The notes below the pieces were generated by a model. It was not told where the DNA came from, ran no database searches, and saw only the letters and a program-made list of their open reading frames with translations. The position numbers were made by a program, and so were the translations under genes. Shown piece after piece: positions 1 through 13,540 of a DNA stretch of 64,000 nt. The first letter of the stretch is position 1. Every line of letters begins with the position of its first letter. Origin of the DNA: Fistulifera solaris (taxonomy: Eukaryota); the NCBI GenBank assembly GCA_030295235.1, contig AP026125.1, forward strand, positions 1,860,001 to 1,924,000, written 5' to 3'.

Positions 1-22
1 TAATAACTCCAAAGCATTCATC

Positions 23-2152
23 ATGTCACCGCAGTGGGAAGGCGTTTTCGATCATTCGTTGGAAGCACCGGAGCCTGTCTGGCTGGCCCGCTGGATCAAC
101 AAACCCGGAACAAACAAGTGGCTCCCTTTGTCCCCGGCGGATTGCAATGCGCTCAACAAAGGAACGACTGACCCGGTTTTAATCGAAGGAGGACGATCTA
201 CTGTCTCAAATGGACGCATTTCTTATAATTTCGTTCGGGGAGCTGAACGTGAAGTCGATTACGCGACGTGGTTTATTGTTGACGAAGAGAACGGACCTAT
301 TCCTATTTTCAATAAGCAAGATGCAGAACAAATCGAAGCATTGTATCAAGCCGCTGACAAAGCAGACCACATACAAGAAATACTAGACAAGGATGTTGTA
401 TTACAGGATGGGCAGTATAAAGCAAAAGTGGTGAAACTTAACTCCAACGGCACAAAACTAGCAATGCGAAAAGTACCCACGGGTTGGATAGGAACGCGAT
501 ATCAACTTCAGAGAGGTTACGGGGCGTACGATGGTCCTGTCGACTATGATACAATGTTAGGACCGGTTCGGCATCTGGTGTTTGTGATACATGGTATCGG
601 TGAGCACGTAAGTCATCATTGCGAACGGTGTTGCTGAGACGAGTTTACAATCAGCGCCTCATTCGTTTTCAATTTAGTTTTTTAGCAAGGAAGACGTCAA
701 ATGGCCTTCTATCGTCGAAGCTATGGATAAGATGCGACGCGGAGTTCAGGAAAAGCAAGTAGAGGGATGGGAAGAATCGAAAGGACCGTGTCCCGATCGT
801 ATCGAATTCATTCCGATCGAGTGGTATGACAAGCTTCATGACAGTAGCACGTCTCTCATGCGCTCCCTGCGAGCTACAACGCTACAAACTATCCCTGCTC
901 TCAGATCCATTGCGAATGATGTGATTTTGGATGTACTGCTTTACATGACACCAGCCTTCTGCGAGGCGACACTTGAATGCGTTACCTTTCAATTAACCGA
1001 GTTATATCACAAATTTCTCCACGTGTATCCCAATTTCTTATCCCAGGGTGGGACGATTTCTCTTATGGGACACTCCCTCGGGTCTGTCATTGTATGGGAC
1101 CTTTTATCAGTACTTAAAGAGAAGGAGACCAAAGGAAACCCTCAGTCTCAAACCGACTCATCTGGTCCCCAGATTCACGGAGTTTCGGTACAAAGTGACG
1201 ACAGCCAGTCGAATGAGGTGGGTTACCAAGCATACGCAGGTCACGATATTACGATGGATGGTAAAATTCAGATGGGAACATGGGGACCGTCGTTGACGAA
1301 GCCTCTCGACCAAACTATTCCTTTCCGTCCTCATTCCACTATCCTTTTAGGATCTCCACTTGGTCTGTTTCTTACTCTTCGAGGTGCTCACCCTGTCTTT
1401 GACGCGATCCGGCGGAATCACAAAATATTATTGGAGCCCTCAAGCGATGCATCTTGGGAGGGTTTAAAAGTGACATCGGAGATCTCTCCTTTTTCTTTAC
1501 CGACCGGCAGCCTTTTCAATATCTTCCATCCCAGTGACCCTGTTGCATATCGCATTGAACCATTACTTCTCCCGGTAGATCTTGATCCAGACAATTTGCC
1601 AACAGTAAGTTGTTGCGCTATTTCTGTATTCTTTTGTGGTAATTTTTGCTGTTACGCTTGTCCACTGACATGATCCTGTCCGTATCTTTTCCCTTAGCCG
1701 CTATATCTAACAGCCCTTGGGAAATCTGTTCGTTTGCACATCAAAGCCAAGCAGCTACATAGTCAACTTCGCAAAAGCGTTTTGGACACGAAAAATTCGT
1801 GGAATGTACTTCTCGCCTCTGCTGTTACAGCATTGAAAGTCGACAGCACCACTTGTGAGGCCGGAGAAAGTGCGGCTAGCAACGGCATCCTCTCACAACC
1901 TATTGTTTTTCCTCTCGGGGGCACCAGCAAAAGAATTGATTTTTCGTTACAGCCTGGGGTCATCGACAATGAGTACATAAGGTAAGATATTCAGTACGTA
2001 TGAACAATAAATTTTTTCTATGAATTTCTGACCGACCCCTGAACGCATGTTCTCAAAGTGCTGTGTTGGCGCACTCTGGTTATTTTACTAACTCGGATAT
2101 ACAAAGCTGGATTGCGTCATTGTTGCAGTCGAGCAGGTCCGCAGAGCCCTAA
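23..2152 (+). CDS. DDHD-domain phospholipase A1 (PA-PLA1/SEC23IP-like), 4 exons
   Basis: Motifs HLVFVIHGIG, lipase GHSLG, NIFHPSDPVAYRIEPLL, RIDFSLQ and terminal AHSGYF. GT-AG introns at ~608-678, ~1605-1697 and ~1982-2058; stop TAA 2150-2152. Confidence 0.9.
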
Positions 2153-2170
2153 AGCACACCACGCATTTTT

Positions 2171-5100
2171 TTAGAAGCTTACAAATCCGTATCGATCCGA
2201 TCCCTTGGACATAATTGATTGAGAGCTTCCTCCAATAATACTGTCTGCAATGATTTCCGAATCCAAGTTAGGGTCGAATTGATTCTGACTGTTGACATCG
2301 CCCGATGATTGAAGTCCTTGAATGGCCGATTCATCGGAAGCGAGACAAAGTTCTTTTTCAATTGAAACTACCATGGATCTATAGCCACCGCTAGAAAAAT
2401 AATTTTCTTGTGTACACTGTTTTAGCCAACGGGGGAATCCATTTTGAAGTATCACTTGCAAGCTTGGTTGAAGCGCCTTCACTAAACTTGTAAAAGACCG
2501 CTGTAATTCACTTTGTACTGCAATAGCGGAGTCGGCACGAACACCTGCAGGAGCGGAAAGATTTGAGTGAACAGAATTCAGATCTTCTGATAAAACCTTT
2601 TATGGTGACTCTGCGGATTTTGCTTGCTGTTAGAATCTTCCGAGGATTTCGCTGCATGCCTACGTTGTCCAGTGCTAGAACTAGCTGAAGGCTGTCGAAA
2701 ATGCGGATCTTGACCTGATAAAGAGCCCGGTGTCGTAATACCAAATCCTCCCGAACTTGTCGACCCTGTGCGCATGTGCTCTGCTGAGGACTTGTTATTT
2801 GCTTTCGAGATACTTGCAGTTGCAGGAGCTTTCTTGTCACCGTCACGGGGTTTCCTCTCCTGAATGATTTCGAGTAGAGCGTTACGGTTTCGAGCAATTA
2901 GAACGTGCAAAAGCTCAAGGAACACCACAATCAGTTTGGCAAACTTAATCTGAAGTTTGTGGATCTCATCTTCCGCGTGTCGATCAAAGTTGGTAAGGAA
3001 AATGGCATCGTCATTTTCCTGTTGGGGCTCTGATGTGTTTCGTAGTAATGAAAGCCCCATTTCTTTGATATGGCTTGAGTGAATACTATCCACCACAACC
3101 TTTGCTGCTTCTGTGCCAATTCCGGGATCCGCGTTGATTCCAAGAACGGCCGTGCCGACAGTCGCCGCAGCTGTCCTGAATAAGAGCGAACACCACTGGC
3201 TGACAGCATCGATACCTGCTTCAAGGGGACTTATCGAGTAGACGAGCCGGTGGACGACGGGTTGTCTTGCCACGCATGTTGGAAAGGGCTGACTAACTTG
3301 AAGCTGCGTTACCTTCACACTCTTCTCAACTATGCCGGCGGTCGTCGATGTTTTCCACCAATCCTTAGAACCTTTGTGTCGGTCCCGCGGTTGCAGAAAA
3401 CAAAATCTATCCACGCCGGTCGAGTGACCTTCGCGAGAGCGTGAAAAAACTGTATTATGATTGTGAGCTTGCCCACCTACGCGAATCCCAGCAGCTGGGT
3501 CGATGGAGCTGAAGACATTTACAGTGAAACTGCGACTGTGTTCGCGATGATGAGGATCGTTCTTGTCTTTGTTTCCAGAATACTGCGTACCAGAGCGTCG
3601 GACGTTTACCTCTCCTCGCAACAAATGAGTCGGGCTTGCTGAAGCGTCTTCAACGTAGTGATAAAACCACTCCGGTAGTCCTCGTGCTAGTCGTTTCTTT
3701 GAGAATAACGGCCGCAGAGGCGTTACTTTCACTTTAACGGGAGCAAGTGGCGCTGGTCCAATGCGACCGTAGTTGCCAAAATTTGAAATCCCTTCTTCAA
3801 CTCTCTCTTCGACTCTTCCGTCTAGTACAAGATGAATTGGGGTGTTTTCTTGAATGATCGATTTCACGGTTTGCTTCAGCTCTGCACCAAACTTAGCAAG
3901 ACAAAAAGCGGCTTCGGCACGGTAGACAAACTCCATTCCTGTCAACTCATCTGGTGCTCCGCCATGAAACCAAACACGATAAAATCTACCCAACGTCGAC
4001 GTTACTTCCTGGGGCACATCTGGGTCTATGGTTGGCACTTGAGTCACGACGGCTCGAGAAAAGATTTCCATATATGCTTTGTAGCCTGTTGTAATTAAAT
4101 CTTTCTGCATAGTATTGCGCCGCTAGGTTCCAAGCAAGCCGGCTATTATCAATAATACCGGCCTTGAGAAAAAGCTCTCCTGCAGCTTCGGCTTCCTCGA
4201 CCATATTTTCTTCCATTTGCTTTAGAGATAGCCATGACTTTACTGAGTGATATTCTGACGGCAAGGCAACACCGCAAAACAAAGTTTTGGTGGAAGCGAT
4301 GTCCCAGTATGAACTGTTTGCGCCTTCACCGACAGAATTCGCGACGCGATAAAACATTCTCCGAGAAGAAACGTTCCCCATTGTCGGTCGGCCGAATAGA
4401 GATTCGCCATCATCTAAATCTAGATCTGATTGGTAGTTCTCAGAACCACCGTTTGCATATCCCGGATCTAAAAGGTTCTCTGTCCAAGGAAGAAAAGGGG
4501 TGTTGGTCCAAAGTGAACCGTGTAAAACAGCTGCCCTGGACAGAGTGATGTAAATTTGAAAATGACAAGTTGCTTCTTCAGCAAATTTTTTCTGTTCGCA
4601 TGGAGTTCGGCAAGCACTCTCAGCCAAGCACAGCGATGCTCTGGCAGCTCAGTAGGAGAAAACACATCCGCAGCATCCAATAACGCATCTTCGACAGCCT
4701 CGTAGTGTGCGACGCCAGAGTTATCCTGTCGGGTCCCCTGAAACCCGAGAAACTGCTTGCTGTGTCCACTGGATGCGTTCACCACTCGCATTATGCTAAT
4801 ACGAGCCGCTCGAAGTTTGGATTCTGTTTCGAAGTCTAATTCCTCAGTACGGGCTTCGTCGCCGTCGTTCCGCAGTAGCGACAGAACTCGGGTGGCGATG
4901 TATGCCCTGTAAAGAATTTTGAGTTTGCCTGCCATGCGAATCAATGCTTCCCTGAAAGCCACGTTCTGACTAGCTGGTTGGGTTTCCATTCTGTCTAGTG
5001 TACGCCAAAATGGAGCAAGGCTTGCTTCGGCACTGACGGAGGGGAACGGCTCAATGGCAGAATTATTAACAGTCAGTCGCTGCTCACGATAGTAGCGCGA

Positions 5101-8100
5101 CGCCGCAGTGGCAAAGATTCTCTCCATGACCTCCGTTTGAACGGCAAGCAGAGGAACACGAATTCGGAAGAAACTTCCAAAACATTCCCACGTAGTTCTT
5201 AGGATTAGTTCGAGCAAATCTGTCGACTCAATTCTCACACTTGCACGTCGGGCGCCACAGTGGAGAAGAATGACTCGCATCCAGTGTTGCAGTGTTTCTC
5301 CAACCGCCTCAAGGAAATTACCTATTCCGAAGATCTTTATCACCTCGGCTGAAAGTGAGAGGGTCCTGATTGTGACGAGGTCACTCTCCTCCAGGAAAGG
5401 GCGTGAAGGTAGACTGAGGTTGACGATCTGACAAAAAGTAAAACATCATCGGAAGTCAGTTTGAACGGGTCATTCTGCGTGAAATTTTCCCCTGTATCTG
5501 CGTCCGCTTTTGTTTGTCCGCTTCTGCTCCGATGCACAGCAGGATTTAAAAAACTGATGCCTTTTGGTGACTTTCGCATCATTCCATACATCTCGAGAAT
5601 AATGTGGTGAACAGTGTTCACAATGACCATGGCTGCATCGTGCCCTTGCCACCGCCGTGCTACAGAGCTTGTAAGTTTATGTCTAGGGGCTCGTCTCCTT
5701 GACCAGTGTTACCCCAACTATCAGAATTTGCATTAGAAGTCCGATTCATTGGTGACAACAAATATTCGCGACGCCAAAGTTCAACAATTTCCTGGCACTG
5801 GCTAGTTTCTTCGGACTCGGCATACTCCTCTCCTTCGAATTCAAGGGTCTTCAGTGCTAGATTGAGCATTGTAAACATATCAACGATACTGTTCTCGCTT
5901 TCATTTGCCATTTGATCTTCGCCCCCCTCATGGCTGAATTCTGGGGAAGATTCGCTTTCGAAGCCAACAGACATCTTGGCAACGATGCCGTACTTCGAAG
6001 ACTGCCCTCTGCCCTGAAGTTTATTACAGAGATCTCGATAGTAAATCCGTAGTAATCCAGGCGTAGCCCATTGAAGAACGTAAACAAAGCATGGGAGAAG
6101 ATGTTTTCGCAGTGCATTTTTCGGAGAGAAGTTGGACAGATAGCTTCCCTGCATCAAAAGCTTTTCCAAGAGAGTAAAAAACATAGTAGCAACTGGAGTT
6201 CTGATCCCATTGTAGATACTCTCTTGGCTGCGACCACAAATAAGTTCATGAAGTAGAGATGCTGCTCGTTGCTGAATGTGTGTCTCGACATGCTCCGTCC
6301 CTTTCAAACATACATCAACGAGTAGTTCAACTAGCCAGTGGGGTCGCATTGAAGGAAAAGCACCGTCGGTAGAAGTGATAACACCGAGTGTCTTGAATTG
6401 TGTTACCAAGCCAGAATTGAAAAACTTTTCGTCCATGCTCATAGATGGGATCTCCCACCATGCTCTCCAATTCAGCATGTAGGGGCTATTAATCTTGATG
6501 AGATCAACAAAACGAATCAGTGCCGTCGTTGCGTCAAGACGAAGTTTCGTGGTTTCCCACGAGCAGCGAAGACCGACTTTTGAATCTCGATCTTGGATAT
6601 TCTCTTTGTCCAGGAATCTTGAAAAATAGGTTAGGATAAGTCTATGGACACATGATGGTGCAAGGTAACTGAACATGTCACGCACGAAGAGAATAACTGA
6701 TTCATTGACGTCAACACTTGTCTGGCGAAGATCCCAATCATCAAAATTTCTTTGGTCAAGACAAGCGTCAGTCAAAAGGCCTATAATTTGTTCCAGTGAA
6801 GCCATTAGCGTCTCATCCAGTATTATCAATGGCGGGGTCGTCCAATCATCTTGCTTTGACAATATGTCGCGGAATAATGAATGAATTCGAAAGCCAAGGC
6901 TCTGCTTAATCACTTCAAGTAACACTGGAGCTCCGGCTACTAGAATACTACTGCAACCTGAGAGTGGGGGAGGCAACGATTCTTCAGCATGCAGTATCGA
7001 TAACAAGGAACTCCCATTCTCCAGTGATAATCCCCCAACAGCAGCCCCAGAGTGCTTTTGCTCGACCAGGAAATACGACCACTGGCATATGATTATCTCA
7101 TATACGTAAGGAAACCAGCGAGCAGGCTTGTTTGGGTTTTTGCCCATCGCAACCAAACGGTCAATGAAGTTCGGAACGGGTATACTCGAGAGTTCTTCTT
7201 TACAGAGCATAGTCATCTTATCAGCCACTTCCCGAGAATCGTCATGTTGCACACTCAACGAATCATCATTTAAACCGGAGTTAAGAGCGTCCACCCCGTT
7301 TAAAGTCCAGTCGATGCTTGACCGACTACGAATCCGGCGGTGATTCCTTGATGCAGTTCGACTAACTTCGCCCGAGTCTGTTTTTTGGGAACTAGATCGT
7401 GTTTATAAAGAGATATAAGGCGATTCAGCAATATGATGTATGCAGCTTACTCAGCGTGGATCTTACCTAGCTTTGATGTTCTCTCCGATAGCATCAAGAA
7501 AACCTATATTCAGTTTTTCAAAATCATCATCGTTTGGGGGAAATGGATTCAAGCACTTTTCCTTTTCGTTCAAAGAAGACGAGGTAGTTACTGAAGGGTC
7601 CATGCCTTCTACCAAGGAGTCTGGGTTGGATTTGTTTGTCACCAGTTTCGGATTTCGCCTAGCTGGGATCCGCATTTGACGCACACCGTGAGCGTGCTTT
7701 TGATTTGCAGGGTTGTTTGTGAGAGAGTTCTTTGTCCCGATGGCTAAGTCAGCGCCCATGTTGTCTTGTTCCTCCTCCTCATATTCCGGGTTATCGTCTT
7801 CTCCGTCATCGGTTTCTGATATTGTCATCAGCGTTCTCGGAGCGGGCAACGTCATATAACGGCGACTGCTAGCATCAGAAAGACTGGATAACGCTTGCAT
7901 CATCGTCATCGACGCCCCTGATGTTTTAGTGCTCTGAAGTTTGTCAACATCGTCTTCAGAATTGTCGGCCAGAGAAGCCCGGAGAGCATTTTGAAAATCA
8001 ACTTTAGAATCGATTCTTACGTTAGCACCATAAACAAACGGCTCATTTGATGTGCCCTTGAGACCGTCAGATGAATTGTTTCGTTCATTCAATCCGCGAA

Positions 8101-11100
8101 CCGGTCCCGCTAAGGCCCCCGCCACTGTTGAAAGAAAATCATTATCTCGAAACTCAGATGTTGTGTTGCTTTGTTTAGCACGATTGGAAAGATCTAGGCG
8201 ACTTCGTACATGTCGACCTCCATGAGGTTTCGCTTTCGCCAAAAAACTAGATTGGTGATCTCTAGAATCAAGAATTAATGACCAGTTGTCTCGATCAATA
8301 GCTTCTTTTGACTGATCACCAAACAGGCTTCTTTCATTGAACAGTAGCGATATCACACGGCCGAGATTCGCCCTATTCCACTTCCGCATACCGTCAGCCT
8401 CCGTCACACCGTTCTTTGAAAAATAGACGCATGTGCCTTCCAACAAATGCAAAATTGCGGCGAATGAGTGTAGTCTTAACGGGATTAACGACGCAGGATT
8501 CGACCAAACTAAACTGGCTTCACCATGTCCCAAAACAAATTGTCTCCACAAGGTCGGCAGTATTCTGAGGATAAAGGGCGAGAATGTCGGCAAAGAGCGG
8601 TTCATACTAGACGATGTGGTCAAAGTAGAATTCACAAGATGAGTCTCTAATGTGTCATCTTTTTTTGGTACGGCCTCTAGTGCTTTTCGCAAAAGCGACT
8701 GCCTGTTGATTTTGATATCCGAGAAAAATTTCGTTTCCAGTCTATGCATGACGTTATCAGGGTAATCGGATTCCTCGTATAAGAAGTCACTGAGCGCTTC
8801 ATCTTGCGAATGAAGGGACGTAAGAGCGACGATACGAACCTTTGATGTCTGTTTAGAATAGTCCTGTGGGCATAATATCATATTTTTCAGAAAGCAACTT
8901 ACCGAGAGAGACATGGGTTCGTCTTCCGTAACGTTCGCGACGGCAATTGCTGAATCGGCTGCATTTGTAACAAATTCGTTATTGACGAGAACGGAGGGCC
9001 CATTGTAGATTTGTTCCGTTTGTAGAGACTTGGAACCCGAATCCTTGGCGAGGAGAAGAGTTGTTATCGAACAGCCCAACTGCTCACAAAACGTCTTCGG
9101 AACTGCTTGTGCTTTGTATACAAGCTGCACATCATGGATACCGTTGCTAACTAGGCGACCCTTTTCGGACAAAGGCAGGAAACCACAACTCAGTTGCTTT
9201 TGACATGAATGAAGTTCAGTTTCTTTTAACTCTTCAACAGGAGAAACGGAAGCCACTGCTTCTTTTGTGGGCTTCAAGACAGAAGCGTCCCGTTCAACAT
9301 GGTAAACAGTAAAAACGAGGGCAAGCGATGGGGTGCACTTGTCCTTTCTCTTTTCGCGAGATCCAGTGGCAATTTTGTCTTGAACTCGTCAATAAAATAA
9401 TGATGTGCCGTCGTCCCTCTCCGCGTAGCGCACGTCGTGAATGACTCAGAAATAAGAAATGGGCCACGCCTGTTGTTGTGAATCGAAGACCCTCGTTCCG
9501 GCAAGTGCGCGAGATAACCAAATCCATCCATCCACTCTAAATCGCGAACTTCAACTCCTAGCACTACTATATCTCTGTCACAGTTGTGAAGGATGCGGGG
9601 TTGAAAAATTAACTCGTTGTAGAATACCGTGTGGAAAAAAGGCTCTATGTCTTGGCCGGAAAAACGACCTTTCCGAGTCGCGCTACTTTCACTGGTTGCG
9701 GGAACCAAACTAAGCGGGATCGGTGCGAGTTCTTGAGCATATGAATTGGGTTTCGTTACGAATCTAACGGAGCTTTCGACTCTGTCACGGCCACCATCAA
9801 TCGTTGCTTCCGTAATTAGTCCAGGCAATACCTTAGCTGTTCGTACAATGAAATCCGATGACAAAGTCATCGGATTTTCATCTACATCATCACCCTCCCG
9901 CTTAACTTGGAGTTCACCAGTAAAATCTACAAGCCTATCTCTAGCCAATGAGCTTTTGTTGTCCACAGCATTCTGTAATATGGAGCACAAATGAGTAGAC
10001 ATGCGATGAACAATACAGTCAAACGCCCTGAACATACATGGATACCTAGATATCCGAAGTTTCTCATTACTAACATAGCGTTTCCACCATTGGTCATCAG
10101 GGCCGGACCTCCGATCCCAACTAGGCTGTGATTTGCCCTGTGAAAAACAAATAGTTGATAATTAGTACACTCTTTAGCAAATGGAGTAACGAGCGTGACG
10201 TACCTAGGATATAACATTGCCATAATATGCTCGATGATCTGTTTCTCTTCGCCGTTGAACTGAAATAAAGGGATTTGAACAGCTCTACTCATGGCAACAG
10301 CAGGATTTTCCGTACCAAAGACCTGAAGGAGTGGTACGACGCCAAATGCCACGGGCATCAAGAGGTGGCCGTGGCTAGATGAAGCCCTTTCTGCTTTCGA
10401 ACGTAGATGTTCTAAAGCTACGGCCTCACAATTCGGAACGAAGTAAGGTTCAAGGTCGCGTACGTCTGCCAGTACTTTGCGAACTATCAACACTGCGTAG
10501 AGGTTGGAAACATTGAAATTGGATGGAAGTGGGAAAATACCACAACGTGTACCTGTGAGCCTGTCGTCTGAAGCTTCCGATAAGGAATAAGGCCATAATG
10601 CACCGGAGCAGCGCGCGGCAACATCACCGTCTCCAACTACATCAAAGTATAAAGCCTCTGTCACTTTCGCACATCTCTGAAGATCAGGAATCGGAGAAGG
10701 GGTTGGATCATCTCCTGGTAAATCGGAAATTGTCTCAATGTGATAAATAGCAAGTGAACAAAAAGCGGTTCTATCTCTCCATTGAGGGATGGAAAACCCA
10801 CAGCTTGCGTGTCTATTTGAAGGTAACGGTAACCATGCGGTCGATCGGAGAGGTAGGGAAGGCTTTGTTCCACTGGCGTAGCAGCATGGAGATGAGACAA
10901 TGAAAGGTTATTCTCGCGCAGAACATCTGGACTCGGTTCCAGTCGAGTAAAAAGGGCTGGATTCCGTTTCTCAACAAGTGATGCTGGAGGTACATGAAGT
11001 TGCCTTCCAGCAACTTTCTTTTGTCTTCGAATGGAGTTCTTTGATTGATTGAACCAGCCGCATCTTAATCGCGACTGGCGCCGTTTCATTTTCGGCTCTT

Positions 11101-12841
11101 TTCGTCGTACTTGTACAGGCGACGCCCTAGATCTTCCTAAATCACTGGACTCAACGCTGCCTAGTGTCCGCTTCGTTTGAACAGATCCAGAATCTGAAAC
11201 TGACGTTTCTTTTTGAGTATTATTACCGCTTTGGCGTAAGATTGCTGTTCGAGAGTTCCAACTGTGGTTGTCGTCGGGGCGCGTCGCAGGATTGGGGCAT
11301 GCAACCGTACCGAAAAGGTCAGGTATAACAAATCGCTCGATTGTCTCTTGTGATCTTTTCAACTCGTTTGATCGAACTTGTTCTTCTCGTGTCTCATGAA
11401 TGCCAAGATCGGCCGAATCTGGTAGAGCCTTGTCGTCCGCAGCGAACAACGGCACGCACCCATTAGTCAATTCATAATTTGACAGCGGCCGAAGTCGAGA
11501 ACCATCTTCAGGAACTTGCTGCGACAGCAACCGTGATGCCTCAATTGGGATATCCGCAGTTCCACCTTCATCCATATCACCCGTTAGCAACGCAATAGCC
11601 TTACTCAGATGATCACTGATTCCAACCTGTTTTTTCATTTCGTCTTCATGCAAAGATTCGTCATCGCTATCTACCACCCGTCTTGTAAGCGACTGACTTG
11701 GGCGGAACGAACCACTTTTGCTTGATACGAATGTTCCTCCGTCACTTTGCGTCGCCCATAATGAAAACAATTCCATCTCATCTTTTGCAACCGGATCACT
11801 TCCTGGTCCATCCTCGGCAACATTGACTTCCTCTTCTTCAGACTGCGGCTGCTCTGCATCCTCAACTATATGTATACTTGATTGACTCTCTGATCTCGAA
11901 TGCTCTCCGGACCGATTTGTGGACTCATCATCTTGCCGAAGCCACATACTGAATAGTTGATTTTCGCTGACAATCTTGTCGGGTATGGTGTCTTTCTCCT
12001 CACGTATCGCCTGACTTTCTCCGACCCTTGGTCGCCTAAGATCCTTTTTCGACATTGTGGCTGGAGCTGTGAATGACCGAGAAACGATGGAGGGCTTGTG
12101 AACGGGCTCCGGACGGTCTTTCATGTACATTTTGACACGCTTGGCTCGTTCATCGTGACCCCAAACAGGCTGATACGTGGAAACAAGATCACTGCCAACA
12201 CACTCAGGTTCGTTTTCATTCGCAGCCTCTTTCATAATGTCGAGACCAAAGCCGAATACTCGAAGTGCCCCCACAACATTCCGAACAGCTGGAGGCAATT
12301 GATTCAAACGCGGCTTGATTCCTGGATTTTCTTGTTGAAAATCATCAATAGCTTCCCGTAGCATTGAGCGAGCTTCCTTTATGACTCTAGGAGGTACAAT
12401 GGGACCGAAGAAAAGAGGCCGATGCATCTCCACTTTTCACAAAACATGGAAATATCGTTCTCTGGTTTGATTCTTTGCGGGTTGCGTTTCGTGGAATTCA
12501 CCGATCCTTTTACATCCGAAGGGACCTTGGGCTTTGATGATGTCTTTTCTACAACGGGTTCACTCAGCAGCGCAATTGCTGCATTCAAATTCGATTGCTC
12601 GGCTTCCAAGCGGTGCTTGGCGTTCTCCCCCTGGAGCCGGAAATCGCAAAGACCCGGAGCCGGCAGTAGTTGTGTTGTCGACAAAGGCGTCTAAAAATGC
12701 GTTATCTGCGGAAGTCATATTGTTCGTAGGTGTAATGTTCCCTGTCATTGCATCAGAAGTAGAAGGCGATTCACCTTTGACACCCACAGCCATGGCGGCA
12801 AATTGATTGATCTCCTTCTGCCGCGTATCCTCTTCTGTCAT
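2171..12841 (-). CDS. Very large DOCK-family (Zizimin/DOCK-C/D-like) guanine nucleotide exchange factor, multi-exon, broken by several frameshifts
   Basis: Chain of minus-strand ORFs with a C2/DHR-1-like segment (HTVFYNELIFQP...FIDEFKTKLPLDL) and DHR-2 motifs (SPTELPEHRCAWLRVLAELH, GRFYRVWFHG...EFVYR, PFPTCVARQPV, SPLEAGIDAV). Introns include 8840-8902 and 10138-10203. Exact exon structure is uncertain. Confidence 0.8.
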
Positions 12842-13540
12842 AATTATTACACTCTGTCGCACTTAATAGCTGAGTCCCTAAAAGCAGTTAGCAAGAACTT
12901 ATTATTGTGGGACGCTCTAATGTTGTTATTCCTTGTACATTCAACACAACAACTCTCTCGTTTGACGAATGAGCGCAATGAGCGCACAGCACCGCGTGCA
13001 CTGAGCCTGCACGGAGGATCTACCTTACCAGTATTAATCCTTGCTTCCCGCCGGTAAAATGTTTCGCGTGACTGCGACAGTCAGTCTTGTAATCATTGTT
13101 CCGATACACTTTGATCGAGAGTCAAGTGCGAAGGTAGCGACACTGAACGGCTGTCGACGTCAATGATCGTTGTGTAATTTTAAGATTGAATTCAAAGTGG
13201 CTTTCAGCAGATTTAGCAAAACATTTGATGGAGGGAAACTTATGAAACGATGGGGTTGTGAAAACACAAGAATGAGGAATATTCAGATTTGGCTCGTGAC
13301 AGAAAATCAGTCTTGAAAAAGTAATCTACACTTTTACTTACAGTAAATGCCAAAGGGGACGACAAGAGAATTTCAACTAAATAAAATACAATAAAATGTC
13401 GCAGTAGCAACTTGATGTTTTTACATTGCAAAAAGATTTTTTCGGCTTTCATTCGAACGAAACTCGAGGGTACCATCTCTTTGTAATCTGTAGTATTCAT
13501 TCATCACCTTTGTCGATCTACTTTTCTAGTAAAAGACATC

